Sequence record: MZ574431.2
DNA length: 64,000 nt
Direction: 5' to 3' (one strand)
Both the position numbers and the translations under genes were made by a program. Below are positions 9,597 to 18,543 of this stretch, piece by piece; the first letter of the stretch is position 1, and the number at the start of each line of letters is the position of its first letter. The notes below the pieces were generated by a model, which was not told the origin of the DNA, searched no databases, and saw only the letters and a program-made list of their open reading frames with translations.

Positions 9597-9997
9597 GCGC
9601 CACCGATCATCTGGAACTCATGAAGGTCTCGACCCTTCTGGAGGAGTTCCGTCACTCCAAACCGCCAGTTTCGGCGAGAAGCTGCGCCGCCCAGGTCATC
9701 AAGCTCGTGCTTGAGGCTGAGCAAAAGGCCAAGCGCTGCGAGGAGTGGCGCATCCCGCCCAAGGTCTTGAAGGCCTTCGACGAGTTGGGCTGGCCCGTCT
9801 CCGACGTCGAGGTTCCTGAAGGTCATCCCTATCTGCGCCGGGTCGAGATCGACGACGGCGCCGGCAATCCCGTCGTGACGCTGGCGACCGACCCGATGCA
9901 GTTCGTCTGGATCGTCGTCCACGTCACCAAGATGTCGACCCACCAGATCGGGCACATCATGAAAGCGTTCGAGAAGCTCTCCAGGGGCCAGGAATGA
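9593..9997 (+). CDS. hypothetical protein, paralogue of 9165..9596
   Basis: shared motif as above; overlap-coupled. Confidence 0.75.
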   Translation: MSATDHLELMKVSTLLEEFRHSKPPVSARSCAAQVIKLVLEAEQKAKRCEEWRIPPKVLKAFDELGWPVSDVEVPEGHPYLRRVEIDDGAGNPVVTLATDPMQFVWIVVHVTKMSTHQIGHIMKAFEKLSRGQE

Positions 9998-10326
9998 ACC
10001 GGACCATCAAGAACATCCTCCAGGCCAGCGCCATGATCGCTGCGATCCTGGTCCCCTTCGTCGGGGGAGCCTACGCCCTGGGCGCCCAGGCCCACAAGGC
10101 CCCGCGCTTGGAGGCCGGTGGCTTCCGCTGGCGGGGGCAGGCCTCGCCGCCTGTGCTGACCAAGGTGCTGACCATGCCGCGCAACAACTGCACGCTCTAC
10201 CGCGTCGACACCGAGGGCACGCGCCTCTACCTCGTCACCTCCGAGGACATCAGCGGCGAGCCCTATGGCGACCTGCAATGCCAAATCACCTCGGTGGCCA
10301 AGCCCGCACCCGAAGAGGATGACTGA
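9994..10326 (+). CDS. exported/membrane-anchored hypothetical protein
   Basis: signal-like N-terminus, two Cys. Confidence 0.75.
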   Translation: MNRTIKNILQASAMIAAILVPFVGGAYALGAQAHKAPRLEAGGFRWRGQASPPVLTKVLTMPRNNCTLYRVDTEGTRLYLVTSEDISGEPYGDLQCQITSVAKPAPEEDD

Positions 10327-10329
10327 TCC

Positions 10330-10698
10330 ATGACCCGCGAAGAGATCAATGGGCTGCTGGCCCTGTCGGGCATCAAGCCGGTCCTGGGCGCCGGCGGCGA
10401 GGGCGTCTGGGAAATTCCCGACGGCTATATGCGTGACCGCTCCGTTCCCTGGTGGCTGGTGCGCACCGACTGGGGCATGCTCAAGATCGGCTGGCGCAAG
10501 CGGGTCATCAACATCGACTGGGAAGACACGCCCATTCGTGAGAAGATCATCGACGAGGTCAACATCACCAGCGAGGAGACCTACGTCCACGCCTGGAGCA
10601 CGGCCGAGGCGGTGCGCTATCTGACCGAGTGGCGCAAGGTGGCGCAGACCTATGCCGCGCGCATGGAAGCCTATAGGATTGAGCAGGCCTACGGCTGA
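10330..10698 (+). CDS. hypothetical phage protein
   Basis: PWWLVRTDWGMLKIGWRKRVINIDW, GC3-rich codons. Confidence 0.8.
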   Translation: MTREEINGLLALSGIKPVLGAGGEGVWEIPDGYMRDRSVPWWLVRTDWGMLKIGWRKRVINIDWEDTPIREKIIDEVNITSEETYVHAWSTAEAVRYLTEWRKVAQTYAARMEAYRIEQAYG

Positions 10699-10706
10699 CG
10701 GCGTAC

Positions 10707-10745
10707 AATAAAACGGTTGACAGGCTCCGCTGCCCCGACTTAGAT
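10707..10745 (+). promoter_or_regulatory. sigma70-type promoter, left-arm class
   Basis: AATAAAACGG-TTGACA(10717)-N17-TTAGAT. Confidence 0.7.
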
Positions 10746-10778
10746 GGAGCCAACATCCATTCGAGCGGAGATCATGGC

Positions 10779-11174
10779 TTGTCACTGAACCCCTACTACC
10801 CGTTCGTCGTCATCGGCAACGACGTGGCCGCCTACGGCGACGCGGTCCTGAACCCGTCGGAGACGATCCTGATCATCCAACTGAAGGGCTCCTTGGAGGA
10901 GCTTGAGGATGAACTGGAGGAGGTCGGCAAGCGCTACCGCGCCGAGATGGAGAGCAAGATCGCCGACCTGAAGGCCGACATCGCCGACCTCCAGCAGCAG
11001 CGCGTCAAAGCCTTCCTAGCCGACCCCGACGGCGTCGTTCGGCCTCTGCGCGAGTTCCTGGCCGACCGCAAGCAGGTGCTGGCCGAGACCGTCGATCCCA
11101 ACGCCCGTGAGCACCTCACGATCGTGATCACCGAGATCGAGGCCGCCTTCGCCGAGTTGGGCGTGGCGGCATGA
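10779..11174 (+). CDS. coiled-coil hypothetical protein
   Basis: TTG start after promoter; heptad repeats. Confidence 0.75.
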   Translation: MSLNPYYPFVVIGNDVAAYGDAVLNPSETILIIQLKGSLEELEDELEEVGKRYRAEMESKIADLKADIADLQQQRVKAFLADPDGVVRPLREFLADRKQVLAETVDPNAREHLTIVITEIEAAFAELGVAA

Positions 11175-11557
11175 TCGACCCGCGCGAAGTCAAGGCTCTC
11201 TACTTTGACGTCGTCGCGACCGATGGCGATTTCATCGAGGGTATCACGGGCGCCTTCTGCCTGAACCTGGAGGCCCTGGCGCGGCATCGCGAAGCGGTGC
11301 GCGACTGGGTCGATCAGATCGCCGACGAGTTCCAGCGCGGCAAGGGCGAGGGCATGTCGTTCCTGCGCCTGTGCATCGACGCCGACGGCGTCCAGTGGAC
11401 CGGCGAGCAGCAGGTCTGCGAACTGCTCTACGTGCTGGCCGCCGGTCTCAACATGGCGCGCTTCTGCATGCCGCGAGACATCTGGCCGCACATGCCCGGC
11501 GGCGTGCCCTACGTCGTCTTCGACCGCGAGGGCAGCCTGACGCCGATCGCGACCTGA
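11171..11557 (+). CDS. hypothetical phage protein
   Basis: ATGA overlap; SFLRLCIDADGVQWTGEQ. Confidence 0.8.
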   Translation: MIDPREVKALYFDVVATDGDFIEGITGAFCLNLEALARHREAVRDWVDQIADEFQRGKGEGMSFLRLCIDADGVQWTGEQQVCELLYVLAAGLNMARFCMPRDIWPHMPGGVPYVVFDREGSLTPIAT

Positions 11558-11558
11558 G

Positions 11559-11603
11559 TTACGCATAGGCGTAAGTTCGGCCCGAAAATACGCCTATCCG
11601 TAA
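11559..11603. terminator. long hairpin (terminator or processing stem)
   Basis: TTACGCATAGGCGTA / TACGCCTATCCGTAA 14/15 inverted repeat with inner TTCG-GCC-CGAA stem. Confidence 0.6.
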
Positions 11604-11607
11604 ACGC

Positions 11608-11647
11608 AAGAAAGCTGTTGACATCCTCCAGGCTGTGCGGCTAGATC
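11608..11647 (+). promoter_or_regulatory. sigma70-type promoter, left-arm class
   Basis: AAGAAAGCTG-TTGACA(11618)-N16-GCTAGATC, matching Caulobacter -10 GCTANAWC. Confidence 0.8.
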
Positions 11648-11672
11648 GGCTCAACGTTCACTGGAGGCGGCC

Positions 11673-11930
11673 TTGAAGTTCCTGCGCAAGCTCTTTGGTC
11701 TCTGCGACCACGTCTGGGAGAAGATGCAAGACCCCAAGGTCGAGCGCCGGTTGGTGCGCGGTGACTACGAGGATCGCTTCGACACCGCCGACAAGGAAGA
11801 CATGGTCCACGTGCGGACCTACCACTTCCAGGCCTGCCTGCGCTGTGGCGTGATCGCCACCTACCACATCGAACACGAGAGGTTCCGGGCCGCCACCTAC
11901 AAAGGCGACCTGTCCTCGATCAGCCTGTAG
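11673..11930 (+). CDS. Zn-ribbon hypothetical protein
   Basis: RBS GGAGG; CDH...CLRC. Confidence 0.75.
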   Translation: MKFLRKLFGLCDHVWEKMQDPKVERRLVRGDYEDRFDTADKEDMVHVRTYHFQACLRCGVIATYHIEHERFRAATYKGDLSSISL

Positions 11931-11938
11931 GAGAGCCC

Positions 11939-12613
11939 GTGCGCTTTGTTGCCCCTGCCCTGGCCCGCAAGGTCCTGGAGGAGTCCCGCTTCTTCACCGA
12001 GGACGCGCCCTTCACCGGCCGGCTCTATGACGGCGACCCGCGCCTGACGCTGATCGTCGGCGAGAACGCGGCGGGCAAGAGCCTGTTCTTCCGGGTGATG
12101 AACGCGCACGCCAAGCTCGATCACGGCATCACCGGCATCACCATCTCGATCCGCGAGCGCACCGACAGCAGCGTGCCGTTCCGCCGCATGTTCATGTTCG
12201 GCGACGAGGCCGAACAGTCGACCGGCGCCACGTCCTTCAAGACCATCCTGTCGGGCTTCAACACCGCCAATGGCGACCAGCAGGGCAAGACCATGCTGAT
12301 GATCGACGAGCCCGAGATGGGCCTGTCCGATGGCTACGCCCGCGCGCTGGGCGAGTACCTGGGGCAGCAGGCCCACAAGCTCGAAGACAACTGCCACGGC
12401 CTTGTGGTGGTGACCCACAACCGTCCCCTGGCCGCCGGCTTGCAGGTGGGCCTGGGCGCGGCGCCGACCTTCGTGTGCCTGGGCTCCGATCCCGTCGATC
12501 TGGCCTCCTGGCAGACGCGCCAGGAGGTTCGTACGGTTGACGACCTCTTTGCGTTGAAAGACCTTGCCCTGGAGCGCTGGCGCAAGACCAACACCCTGAT
12601 GAAGGAGAAGTGA
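11939..12613 (+). CDS. stand-alone ABC/AAA_21-type ATPase
   Basis: Walker A GENAAGKS, Walker B LMIDEPEMGL, H-loop VVTHN. Confidence 0.85.
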   Translation: MRFVAPALARKVLEESRFFTEDAPFTGRLYDGDPRLTLIVGENAAGKSLFFRVMNAHAKLDHGITGITISIRERTDSSVPFRRMFMFGDEAEQSTGATSFKTILSGFNTANGDQQGKTMLMIDEPEMGLSDGYARALGEYLGQQAHKLEDNCHGLVVVTHNRPLAAGLQVGLGAAPTFVCLGSDPVDLASWQTRQEVRTVDDLFALKDLALERWRKTNTLMKEK

Positions 12614-12885
12614 TGGACGACTTCATGTCCCGTCGCCTGGACCAGATGGAGCCGATCGGCGCGCGCATGGGCGTGCGACTGGGTCTGCACTTCATGGTCT
12701 ACGTCTCGCTCGTCACCCTGGCCGGCCAGACCTATACCCGCATCGAACGCGAGGACGACAGCGATCGCCTGCACCTGCTGGGCGAGATCGGCAATGTCGA
12801 TGCGGCCACCGCCTGGGCCAAGCAGAAAGCCGGTCCCGAGGACCAGAAGCTGATGTGGGAAGCCTACCTGATGGAACTGGCCTGA
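12610..12885 (+). CDS. hypothetical phage protein
   Basis: coupled chain. Confidence 0.75.
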   Translation: MMDDFMSRRLDQMEPIGARMGVRLGLHFMVYVSLVTLAGQTYTRIEREDDSDRLHLLGEIGNVDAATAWAKQKAGPEDQKLMWEAYLMELA

Positions 12886-13142
12886 TGTCGAGCGCCTACC
12901 AGACGGAGATGGGAGACATCCACCGCGCCGAGATCGAGGGCGACCTGAAGGTCCTTCTCACCCCGCACATGCAGGTCTCCGACGCGCTTCGCCGCGAGAT
13001 CGCCAAGGTCGCCAACGCCGTCGACTATGCCGACTGCTGGCCCGGCGCGCCGCTGAACGTCGAGGAGATCATCCACGCCTACGCCATCGTCGAAGCCGTG
13101 CGCGCCAACGGGTTCGTGGCCCCGCCGGAGCTTGACGTCTGA
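12885..13142 (+). CDS. hypothetical protein (paralogue family with 13711 and 16626)
   Basis: LNVEEIIHAYAIVEAVRANG motif. Confidence 0.75.
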   Translation: MSSAYQTEMGDIHRAEIEGDLKVLLTPHMQVSDALRREIAKVANAVDYADCWPGAPLNVEEIIHAYAIVEAVRANGFVAPPELDV

Positions 13143-13161
13143 TGGGAATTCTCCTGGCGGC

Positions 13162-13191
13162 TTGACGCCCTTCATGGCGCCGTGCTACGCC
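13162..13191 (+). promoter_or_regulatory. sigma70-type promoter
   Basis: TTGACG-N16-GCTACGC upstream of 13199. Confidence 0.55.
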
Positions 13192-13198
13192 TGACGAC

Positions 13199-13714
13199 AT
13201 GAAGGAGCTTCACCATCAGGACCTATGGGTCGTCCAGGCGCCGGGCAAGGCGCGTCTCGTCCACGGGACCGAGCAGGACGCCGAGGCGCGCACGAGCGAC
13301 GTGGCAAGCTGGACTAATGGTCCGGCGGAATACTGGCCGCTGACCGACGCCTACCGCATCCTTCACCAGGACGCCATCTCGGCGCTGGAGCGCCGGCGCA
13401 TGGTCAACCTGATTACCATCCTGGGGCAGGTGGCCAAGGGCTCGACCCTGCTCGTCACCGGCAAGGCCGGCGATGCTCGCCCCGAACTGGTCTCCAAGGA
13501 TGACGTCGACGCCTCCAGCGCCATGATCCTGGCCGGCGCGGCGATCCATCGTCTGAAGAAGGCCGCCGAGGCTGGCGAGCCGGTGATGCTGGGCCTGGGC
13601 GATGTCGAGAAGATCATCGAAGGCTGGGCCGTGGCGATCGCCCGCTCCAGCCGCCTGGGCTATCTGGAACAAATGCTGAGCGGCGTGGTGCCGTGGGAGG
13701 GCGTTGAGCCATGA
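13199..13714 (+). CDS. hypothetical phage protein
   Basis: GC3-rich codons. Confidence 0.8.
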   Translation: MKELHHQDLWVVQAPGKARLVHGTEQDAEARTSDVASWTNGPAEYWPLTDAYRILHQDAISALERRRMVNLITILGQVAKGSTLLVTGKAGDARPELVSKDDVDASSAMILAGAAIHRLKKAAEAGEPVMLGLGDVEKIIEGWAVAIARSSRLGYLEQMLSGVVPWEGVEP

Positions 13715-13971
13715 GCGAAGAGTACGACACCGACGATCACCGCAAGGACATGTTGGACTTCATCGCCCCGGTCGAGGCCGAGTTCGATGACGACTTCGAC
13801 AATCCCACGTTCAAGCGCTCGCTCAACGAGGCCGGCTACACCATGAGCGAACTGAACCTCTGGCACGACCTGGAAGGCGGCCTGACGTCGGAGGCCATCA
13901 TCCAGGCCTGGGCGCTGATCGAGACCCTGCGGCGCAACGGTGGCAAGTTCCCGCCCAAACTGAGGATGTGA
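13711..13971 (+). CDS. hypothetical protein (paralogue family)
   Basis: LTSEAIIQAWALIETLRRNG motif. Confidence 0.75.
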   Translation: MSEEYDTDDHRKDMLDFIAPVEAEFDDDFDNPTFKRSLNEAGYTMSELNLWHDLEGGLTSEAIIQAWALIETLRRNGGKFPPKLRM

Positions 13972-14360
13972 GCATGGACCAGCAAGACATCGCCACCTCC
14001 AACCATCCCTGGTTCCTGGCCGCGCTCGTCAAGTACGCCAAGCTCGGTCCACAGGCGTGGATCGTCTGCGAGCGCACCAACGACCAAGACCATCTGCCGG
14101 GTCTGCTGAAGGGAACCTGGACGGTCGACGGTCACGTCAACTACGCCTCGTTCGACGAGAGCCACGTCTATGGCCACTTCGCCACCGAGGCCGAAGCGCA
14201 CAAGGCCCTGGAATACGCCCACGTCAACTGGAGCACCAACATCACCGCCGTGCTGCAAGCCGAGGCCGTCTTGAAGCAGGCCGTCAAGAACTGCCAGCAA
14301 GGCGCCATCGACATGGCCCGCGCACTCGCCCAGGTGCTGGATGAGGGTCGCGCCTCGTGA
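13968..14360 (+). CDS. hypothetical phage protein
   Basis: GTGA overlap. Confidence 0.8.
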   Translation: MSMDQQDIATSNHPWFLAALVKYAKLGPQAWIVCERTNDQDHLPGLLKGTWTVDGHVNYASFDESHVYGHFATEAEAHKALEYAHVNWSTNITAVLQAEAVLKQAVKNCQQGAIDMARALAQVLDEGRAS

Positions 14361-14788
14361 TCCAGGCTTGGCCGCAGGGCTATAGCTTCGAGCGCGACGA
14401 ACTCCTGGCCCTGGTCAAGACCCTGGACCAGTACGATGCGGCCACGCGCTCCAACTTCCTGGGTCTCGTCGCCGAGGAGGCCAGGGGCGGGTCCGTCGCG
14501 CTCCTCTCCAAGGTCTGGCCGCCGCAGCACCGGCAGTTCTGGCTGAGCATGACCGGCGTTCAAGAGCGCCTGTTCATCCGCTGCTTCGAGCACATTCGCT
14601 ATGGCGAGGCGCCGCTGAAGATCACCGACGAAGGCGTCAAGCTGCTGCACCTCTTCGCCGAATTCTATCCTGACGAGATCGCCGATCACATTGGCCCTCA
14701 CGCCGCCAAATGGACCCACCTGCGGCCTCCGCCCAAGGAGAAGCCCGCCAAGAAGCCCAAGAAAGACGCCTCATGTTCGGCTGGTTGA
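14357..14788 (+). CDS. hypothetical phage protein
   Basis: GTGA overlap. Confidence 0.8.
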   Translation: MIQAWPQGYSFERDELLALVKTLDQYDAATRSNFLGLVAEEARGGSVALLSKVWPPQHRQFWLSMTGVQERLFIRCFEHIRYGEAPLKITDEGVKLLHLFAEFYPDEIADHIGPHAAKWTHLRPPPKEKPAKKPKKDASCSAG

Positions 14789-15213
14789 AGACCCTGTTTG
14801 GCAAGGCCGACAAGGTGATGAGCACCGAGATCGTCAACCTCGCTGAACTGGCCGCCGCCAAGCGCTTTGGCGAGCACCGCATCATGCAGACCGACAAGGA
14901 CGTCTTCCAGGTCCAGATTTGCGACCGAGAAGGCGATTGGCGGCCCGTGGGCTGGCGCGTTTCGCGCACCTATTACGAGTATGAGTATCGCGGCGATTTC
15001 TACAAGAAGACTCGGGAAGAAGCGATCGCCTTTGGCAAGGCGGTCGAGGAAAAGGTCAGAGGAGATGTCTTGCAGGAAGTTCTACGCCTGCGAGAGCATA
15101 ACAATATACTCTACCCGACTGAGTATGGCGTCCAGCCTATCCATGCCAGGGTCTCCGATGATGGTCTGCTGATCCAGGCCGTGCGCGAGATTAATCAGAA
15201 GCTGCGCCGCTGA
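14773..15213 (+). CDS. hypothetical protein (MFGWLK...)
   Basis: internal start of 14710..15213; lower-GC3 3' half. Confidence 0.7.
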   Translation: MFGWLKTLFGKADKVMSTEIVNLAELAAAKRFGEHRIMQTDKDVFQVQICDREGDWRPVGWRVSRTYYEYEYRGDFYKKTREEAIAFGKAVEEKVRGDVLQEVLRLREHNNILYPTEYGVQPIHARVSDDGLLIQAVREINQKLRR

Positions 15214-15527
15214 TGCGCCGGCGCGCTCACGAAGTCCTGGCCATGCTGATCGCCGCGCCGCCGGACGAGAACGACATCCTCTGTGATCGCGGCACGTGCT
15301 ACGCCGGCAACGTGCGGATCGCGCGCGCCACGGTCGATGAGCTTCTCTGCCATCTAGCGATCACCCGCGACGGCGAGGAGATCGGCGACCGGTACGTGGT
15401 CAACAGCACCGGGCGCGCCATCCACCGCCGGCCGGCCCTGGCGCCTGAGATCATGAAGGTGATGGGCCAGCAACTGCCCTTCCGCATCGACGCAGACGAC
15501 CAGATCAAAATCCTGGAGGACCTGTGA
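15213..15527 (+). CDS. hypothetical phage protein
   Basis: TGATG overlap. Confidence 0.8.
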   Translation: MRRRAHEVLAMLIAAPPDENDILCDRGTCYAGNVRIARATVDELLCHLAITRDGEEIGDRYVVNSTGRAIHRRPALAPEIMKVMGQQLPFRIDADDQIKILEDL

Positions 15528-15976
15528 CCCTCGACGACGCTGTCCAGCGCCTGCCGACCTTGATGCTCCTGGCCTCCGGGGGCGGGCGCTGGACGCGCCT
15601 GCGTGACACCTCGATCGACGTGCCGCTGCTCAATGCCTTGTTGGCCAACGACATCGTCATCCTGGAGCACTACAAGAAGCCGCAGATCGTCCGGGGTAAG
15701 CAGCGCTTTTTCTACATGCTGGGGCTCACCCAGGCTGGAGACCGGCTGGCCGCCGCGATCAGCGACGCGTTTCGCCACGGCAATCTGGCCTGGGCGGCGG
15801 AAGGGCACGATGGTGTGGGGCGTCACGCCATGCGCCAGGAATGGGGTCTGCCGTCGACGAGCTATGTCAGCGGCCTCTATCATCGCCGCAAGGTGCTCAC
15901 GCCCAGCCCTTGCAAACGACGAGACGAAATGAAGGCCGCCGCCCTGAAAGGTCTGGCCGCCTGGAGAGCTTCCTGA
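15524..15976 (+). CDS. hypothetical protein, possible winged helix
   Basis: LGLTQAG wing-like motif; coupled. Confidence 0.7.
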   Translation: MTLDDAVQRLPTLMLLASGGGRWTRLRDTSIDVPLLNALLANDIVILEHYKKPQIVRGKQRFFYMLGLTQAGDRLAAAISDAFRHGNLAWAAEGHDGVGRHAMRQEWGLPSTSYVSGLYHRRKVLTPSPCKRRDEMKAAALKGLAAWRAS

Positions 15977-16629
15977 TGCGCACCGGCGTCTTCGATCGCA
16001 CCTACAACAAGGACAAGAGCTACTGGGTGGTGCGCGGGTTCTCCGAGCGCTCGCAGACCTACGTCTATCCTCATCACGGCTGGTCGTGGACCAGTTGGGT
16101 GGAGGACATCCGCGAGACCTACGAGACGCTGGACCGGGCCAAGGGCGCGATCGCCAGCGGCTACATCAAGGACATGATCAAGACCCAGAAGGTGGTCGAC
16201 ATCGTGTTCATCCATGTCGAGCGCACGCGCAAGATCATCGAGCACGAGGTGATCACCGCTTATGGCGCGGATGGGAAGCCCTCGACCCTGGCCGAGCCCG
16301 AGATCGTCACCGAGAACTGGGACCTCCAGATCGACAACTATCTGGGCGTGAGCCTTGCGGATGATACCCGCAACCCGCCGGCCCTCTATTGTCGGGCCAC
16401 GTCGATCCGCAATGGCAAGGCCTATCTTCGGGTCATCAATGGCGCTTGGACTCTCGTCGTGCGCCTGGGCGCCGACGGCGTCCTGACCGTCGATGAAGAG
16501 ACGCAAGGCGGCGAGGTGGGCACCCCCGTGGTCGTTCACTTTGTCGGCGTTCCCGATCCCCATGTCAGCGCCAGCGACTACGATCATCAGATCGAATTCT
16601 ACCGCGAAAAACAGGGCATTTCGGCATGA
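15976..16629 (+). CDS. two-domain hypothetical protein
   Basis: TGATG overlap; N-half similar to 17590 and 17903. Confidence 0.8.
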   Translation: MRTGVFDRTYNKDKSYWVVRGFSERSQTYVYPHHGWSWTSWVEDIRETYETLDRAKGAIASGYIKDMIKTQKVVDIVFIHVERTRKIIEHEVITAYGADGKPSTLAEPEIVTENWDLQIDNYLGVSLADDTRNPPALYCRATSIRNGKAYLRVINGAWTLVVRLGADGVLTVDEETQGGEVGTPVVVHFVGVPDPHVSASDYDHQIEFYREKQGISA

Positions 16630-16937
16630 GCATCGAAGACCTCGAAGAAGACCTCGCCAAGCGCTTCGATGGCGGTGGCTATGCGGTGCGCAAGTACGCT
16701 CGCGAGCAGTTTGGGCGCATGACCCTGGACATGCCAGCCCTGCCTGATCTTCCCGACACCGACGAGGTTGATACCGCCATTGCCTTCGCCAACCACTTTG
16801 GCTGGTTCGAGACCAAGCTGGACGTCGACGCCGTGATCGCCGCCTGGAGCTTGGTTGAGACCTTCCGCCAAGCTCCGGCCGGCGCAATGGACGCCCTGCT
16901 GGCCCGCATCAACGATCACATGGAGAGTCTGAAATGA
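16626..16937 (+). CDS. hypothetical protein (paralogue family)
   Basis: LDVDAVIAAWSLVETFRQ motif. Confidence 0.75.
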   Translation: MSIEDLEEDLAKRFDGGGYAVRKYAREQFGRMTLDMPALPDLPDTDEVDTAIAFANHFGWFETKLDVDAVIAAWSLVETFRQAPAGAMDALLARINDHMESLK

Positions 16938-17593
16938 CCCCGACCCGCCGCCACCTCCTCGCCGCGATCGCTGCCACCCCGCTCCTGGGTTCGACCGCCC
17001 TGGCCGCGCCGGCCTTCAGCAACATTCGGCCCTCGACGATCGAGGCCCTGCTGATCGATCGCGTCTCATCCGGCGACCTGACCTTCGTCGCCCGTAACCC
17101 GACCATGCTGGCCCTGGCGCGCGCCATGGCTGACGGCATGTACCTGACCCGCCAGAGCGTCACCACGCCGGGCGCGCCGCCGGTCTTCGACGTCACCAAG
17201 CTGGGCGTGCGCCACGGTCACTACCTCCTGGCCGAGCGCCTCTATGACGGCGCCGGCGGCAAGCGCGCGGTCCAACTGATGCGCGACTGTTACGCGCTGG
17301 CCAAAGCGCGTCAGAGCCTTCCCGTCGCCGAGCAGGTGACGCTCGTGCCGCAGGCGCAGCGTAATCTCATCCAGCAGGTCCGCGACGGCGGTCGAACGAT
17401 CCTGACCCTGGACCACGCCCGCGAGAACGACTGGCGAATGGCCCTCCTGCGCGCGGGCAAGCTTCGTCCCTACGGCTACCTGATGACCACCAACTACTTC
17501 ATCGTCGAGGCCACACCGGCCTTCCTGACGGAGAAGGGCAAGGCCCAGGCCAAGCGCATGGCCGAACTGCGAGCCGAACTGGGTCTGGCATGA
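16934..17593 (+). CDS. Tat-signal protein, paralogue 1
   Basis: TRRHLL + hydrophobic core + ALA; DWRMALLRAGKLRPYGY. Confidence 0.75.
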   Translation: MTPTRRHLLAAIAATPLLGSTALAAPAFSNIRPSTIEALLIDRVSSGDLTFVARNPTMLALARAMADGMYLTRQSVTTPGAPPVFDVTKLGVRHGHYLLAERLYDGAGGKRAVQLMRDCYALAKARQSLPVAEQVTLVPQAQRNLIQQVRDGGRTILTLDHARENDWRMALLRAGKLRPYGYLMTTNYFIVEATPAFLTEKGKAQAKRMAELRAELGLA

Positions 17594-17901
17594 GCCACGC
17601 CACCCACACCCTGGGCGCGCGGTACTACTACACCGTCGAGGCGACGGCGCGGCGCAAGAGCCCGACGGGCGGGGCCGACACCACGTGGCCGATCTTCCTG
17701 GCCGGCAGCCGCCATGTGCTGCACGGCTGGGCGCAGTCGCCGGGGCACCTGACCAGTTCGTTCCCCTTCCAGTTCCAGCGGCTGGAGGAGGCCAAGGCCG
17801 CCGCCTATGCGCCGGTCACCGGCTTCACCGTCGAGAACGTGGTCATCTCCCTGACCATCATCGAAACCAAGTCCACCACCAAGATCGTCGAGCACGTCTG
17901 A
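17590..17901 (+). CDS. hypothetical phage protein
   Basis: FQRLEEAK motif; coupled. Confidence 0.8.
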   Translation: MSHATHTLGARYYYTVEATARRKSPTGGADTTWPIFLAGSRHVLHGWAQSPGHLTSSFPFQFQRLEEAKAAAYAPVTGFTVENVVISLTIIETKSTTKIVEHV

Positions 17902-17902
17902 T

Positions 17903-18241
17903 ATGACGACCCTTAATCCCCGCAAGACCGTCTCCGAGACGAGCGAACACTATATCACCGTCAGGGCGCTCGCCCTCTTCGACAAGCCACGCGGCGAAGT
18001 CGGCTCCGCGCCGGTCGAGTACAAGGGCCGCGATGGACGCATGGCCGGCTGGCGGCTGGACGAGCAGCCTTTCCTCGCCTTACGTGGTGAGCTTGAACCC
18101 TATCGCTTCAAGACCCTGGAGGAGGCCCAGCAGGTCGTCGCCCAAATGCAGGTCTCGGGCTTCAAGGTCATCGATGTCGTCTATCGTGAGCATCGGGTAA
18201 CGACCGTCCGCTCCGTCGAGATCACCGAGCACCACGAATGA
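17903..18241 (+). CDS. hypothetical phage protein
   Basis: FKTLEEAQ motif; coupled. Confidence 0.8.
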   Translation: MTTLNPRKTVSETSEHYITVRALALFDKPRGEVGSAPVEYKGRDGRMAGWRLDEQPFLALRGELEPYRFKTLEEAQQVVAQMQVSGFKVIDVVYREHRVTTVRSVEITEHHE

Positions 18242-18543
18242 ACCTCACTCCCTACAAGGTCGTGATCCGCCGCTACCAGCACGAGGGCTTGAACGGCGAC
18301 CGCTCCACCCGCAAGGTTCCCTACTTCAACTACGAGGTGGTGGCGATCCGCGAGGACGGCATGGAGATGACCGGCAAGAAGCTCGACGGCTATGACGGCT
18401 TCCACTGCGCGCCGGCCTCCGACCGCCTCAAGGAGGCCGAGGACTTCGCCCTGGACCTGTCCGACTTCCTCCAGGCCGAATTGCTGCCAATGGAAACCTA
18501 CCAGCCCTTCGTCACCACCTCCTGGAAAAAGGTCGAGTCATGA
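18238..18543 (+). CDS. hypothetical phage protein
   Basis: ATGA overlap. Confidence 0.8.
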   Translation: MNLTPYKVVIRRYQHEGLNGDRSTRKVPYFNYEVVAIREDGMEMTGKKLDGYDGFHCAPASDRLKEAEDFALDLSDFLQAELLPMETYQPFVTTSWKKVES

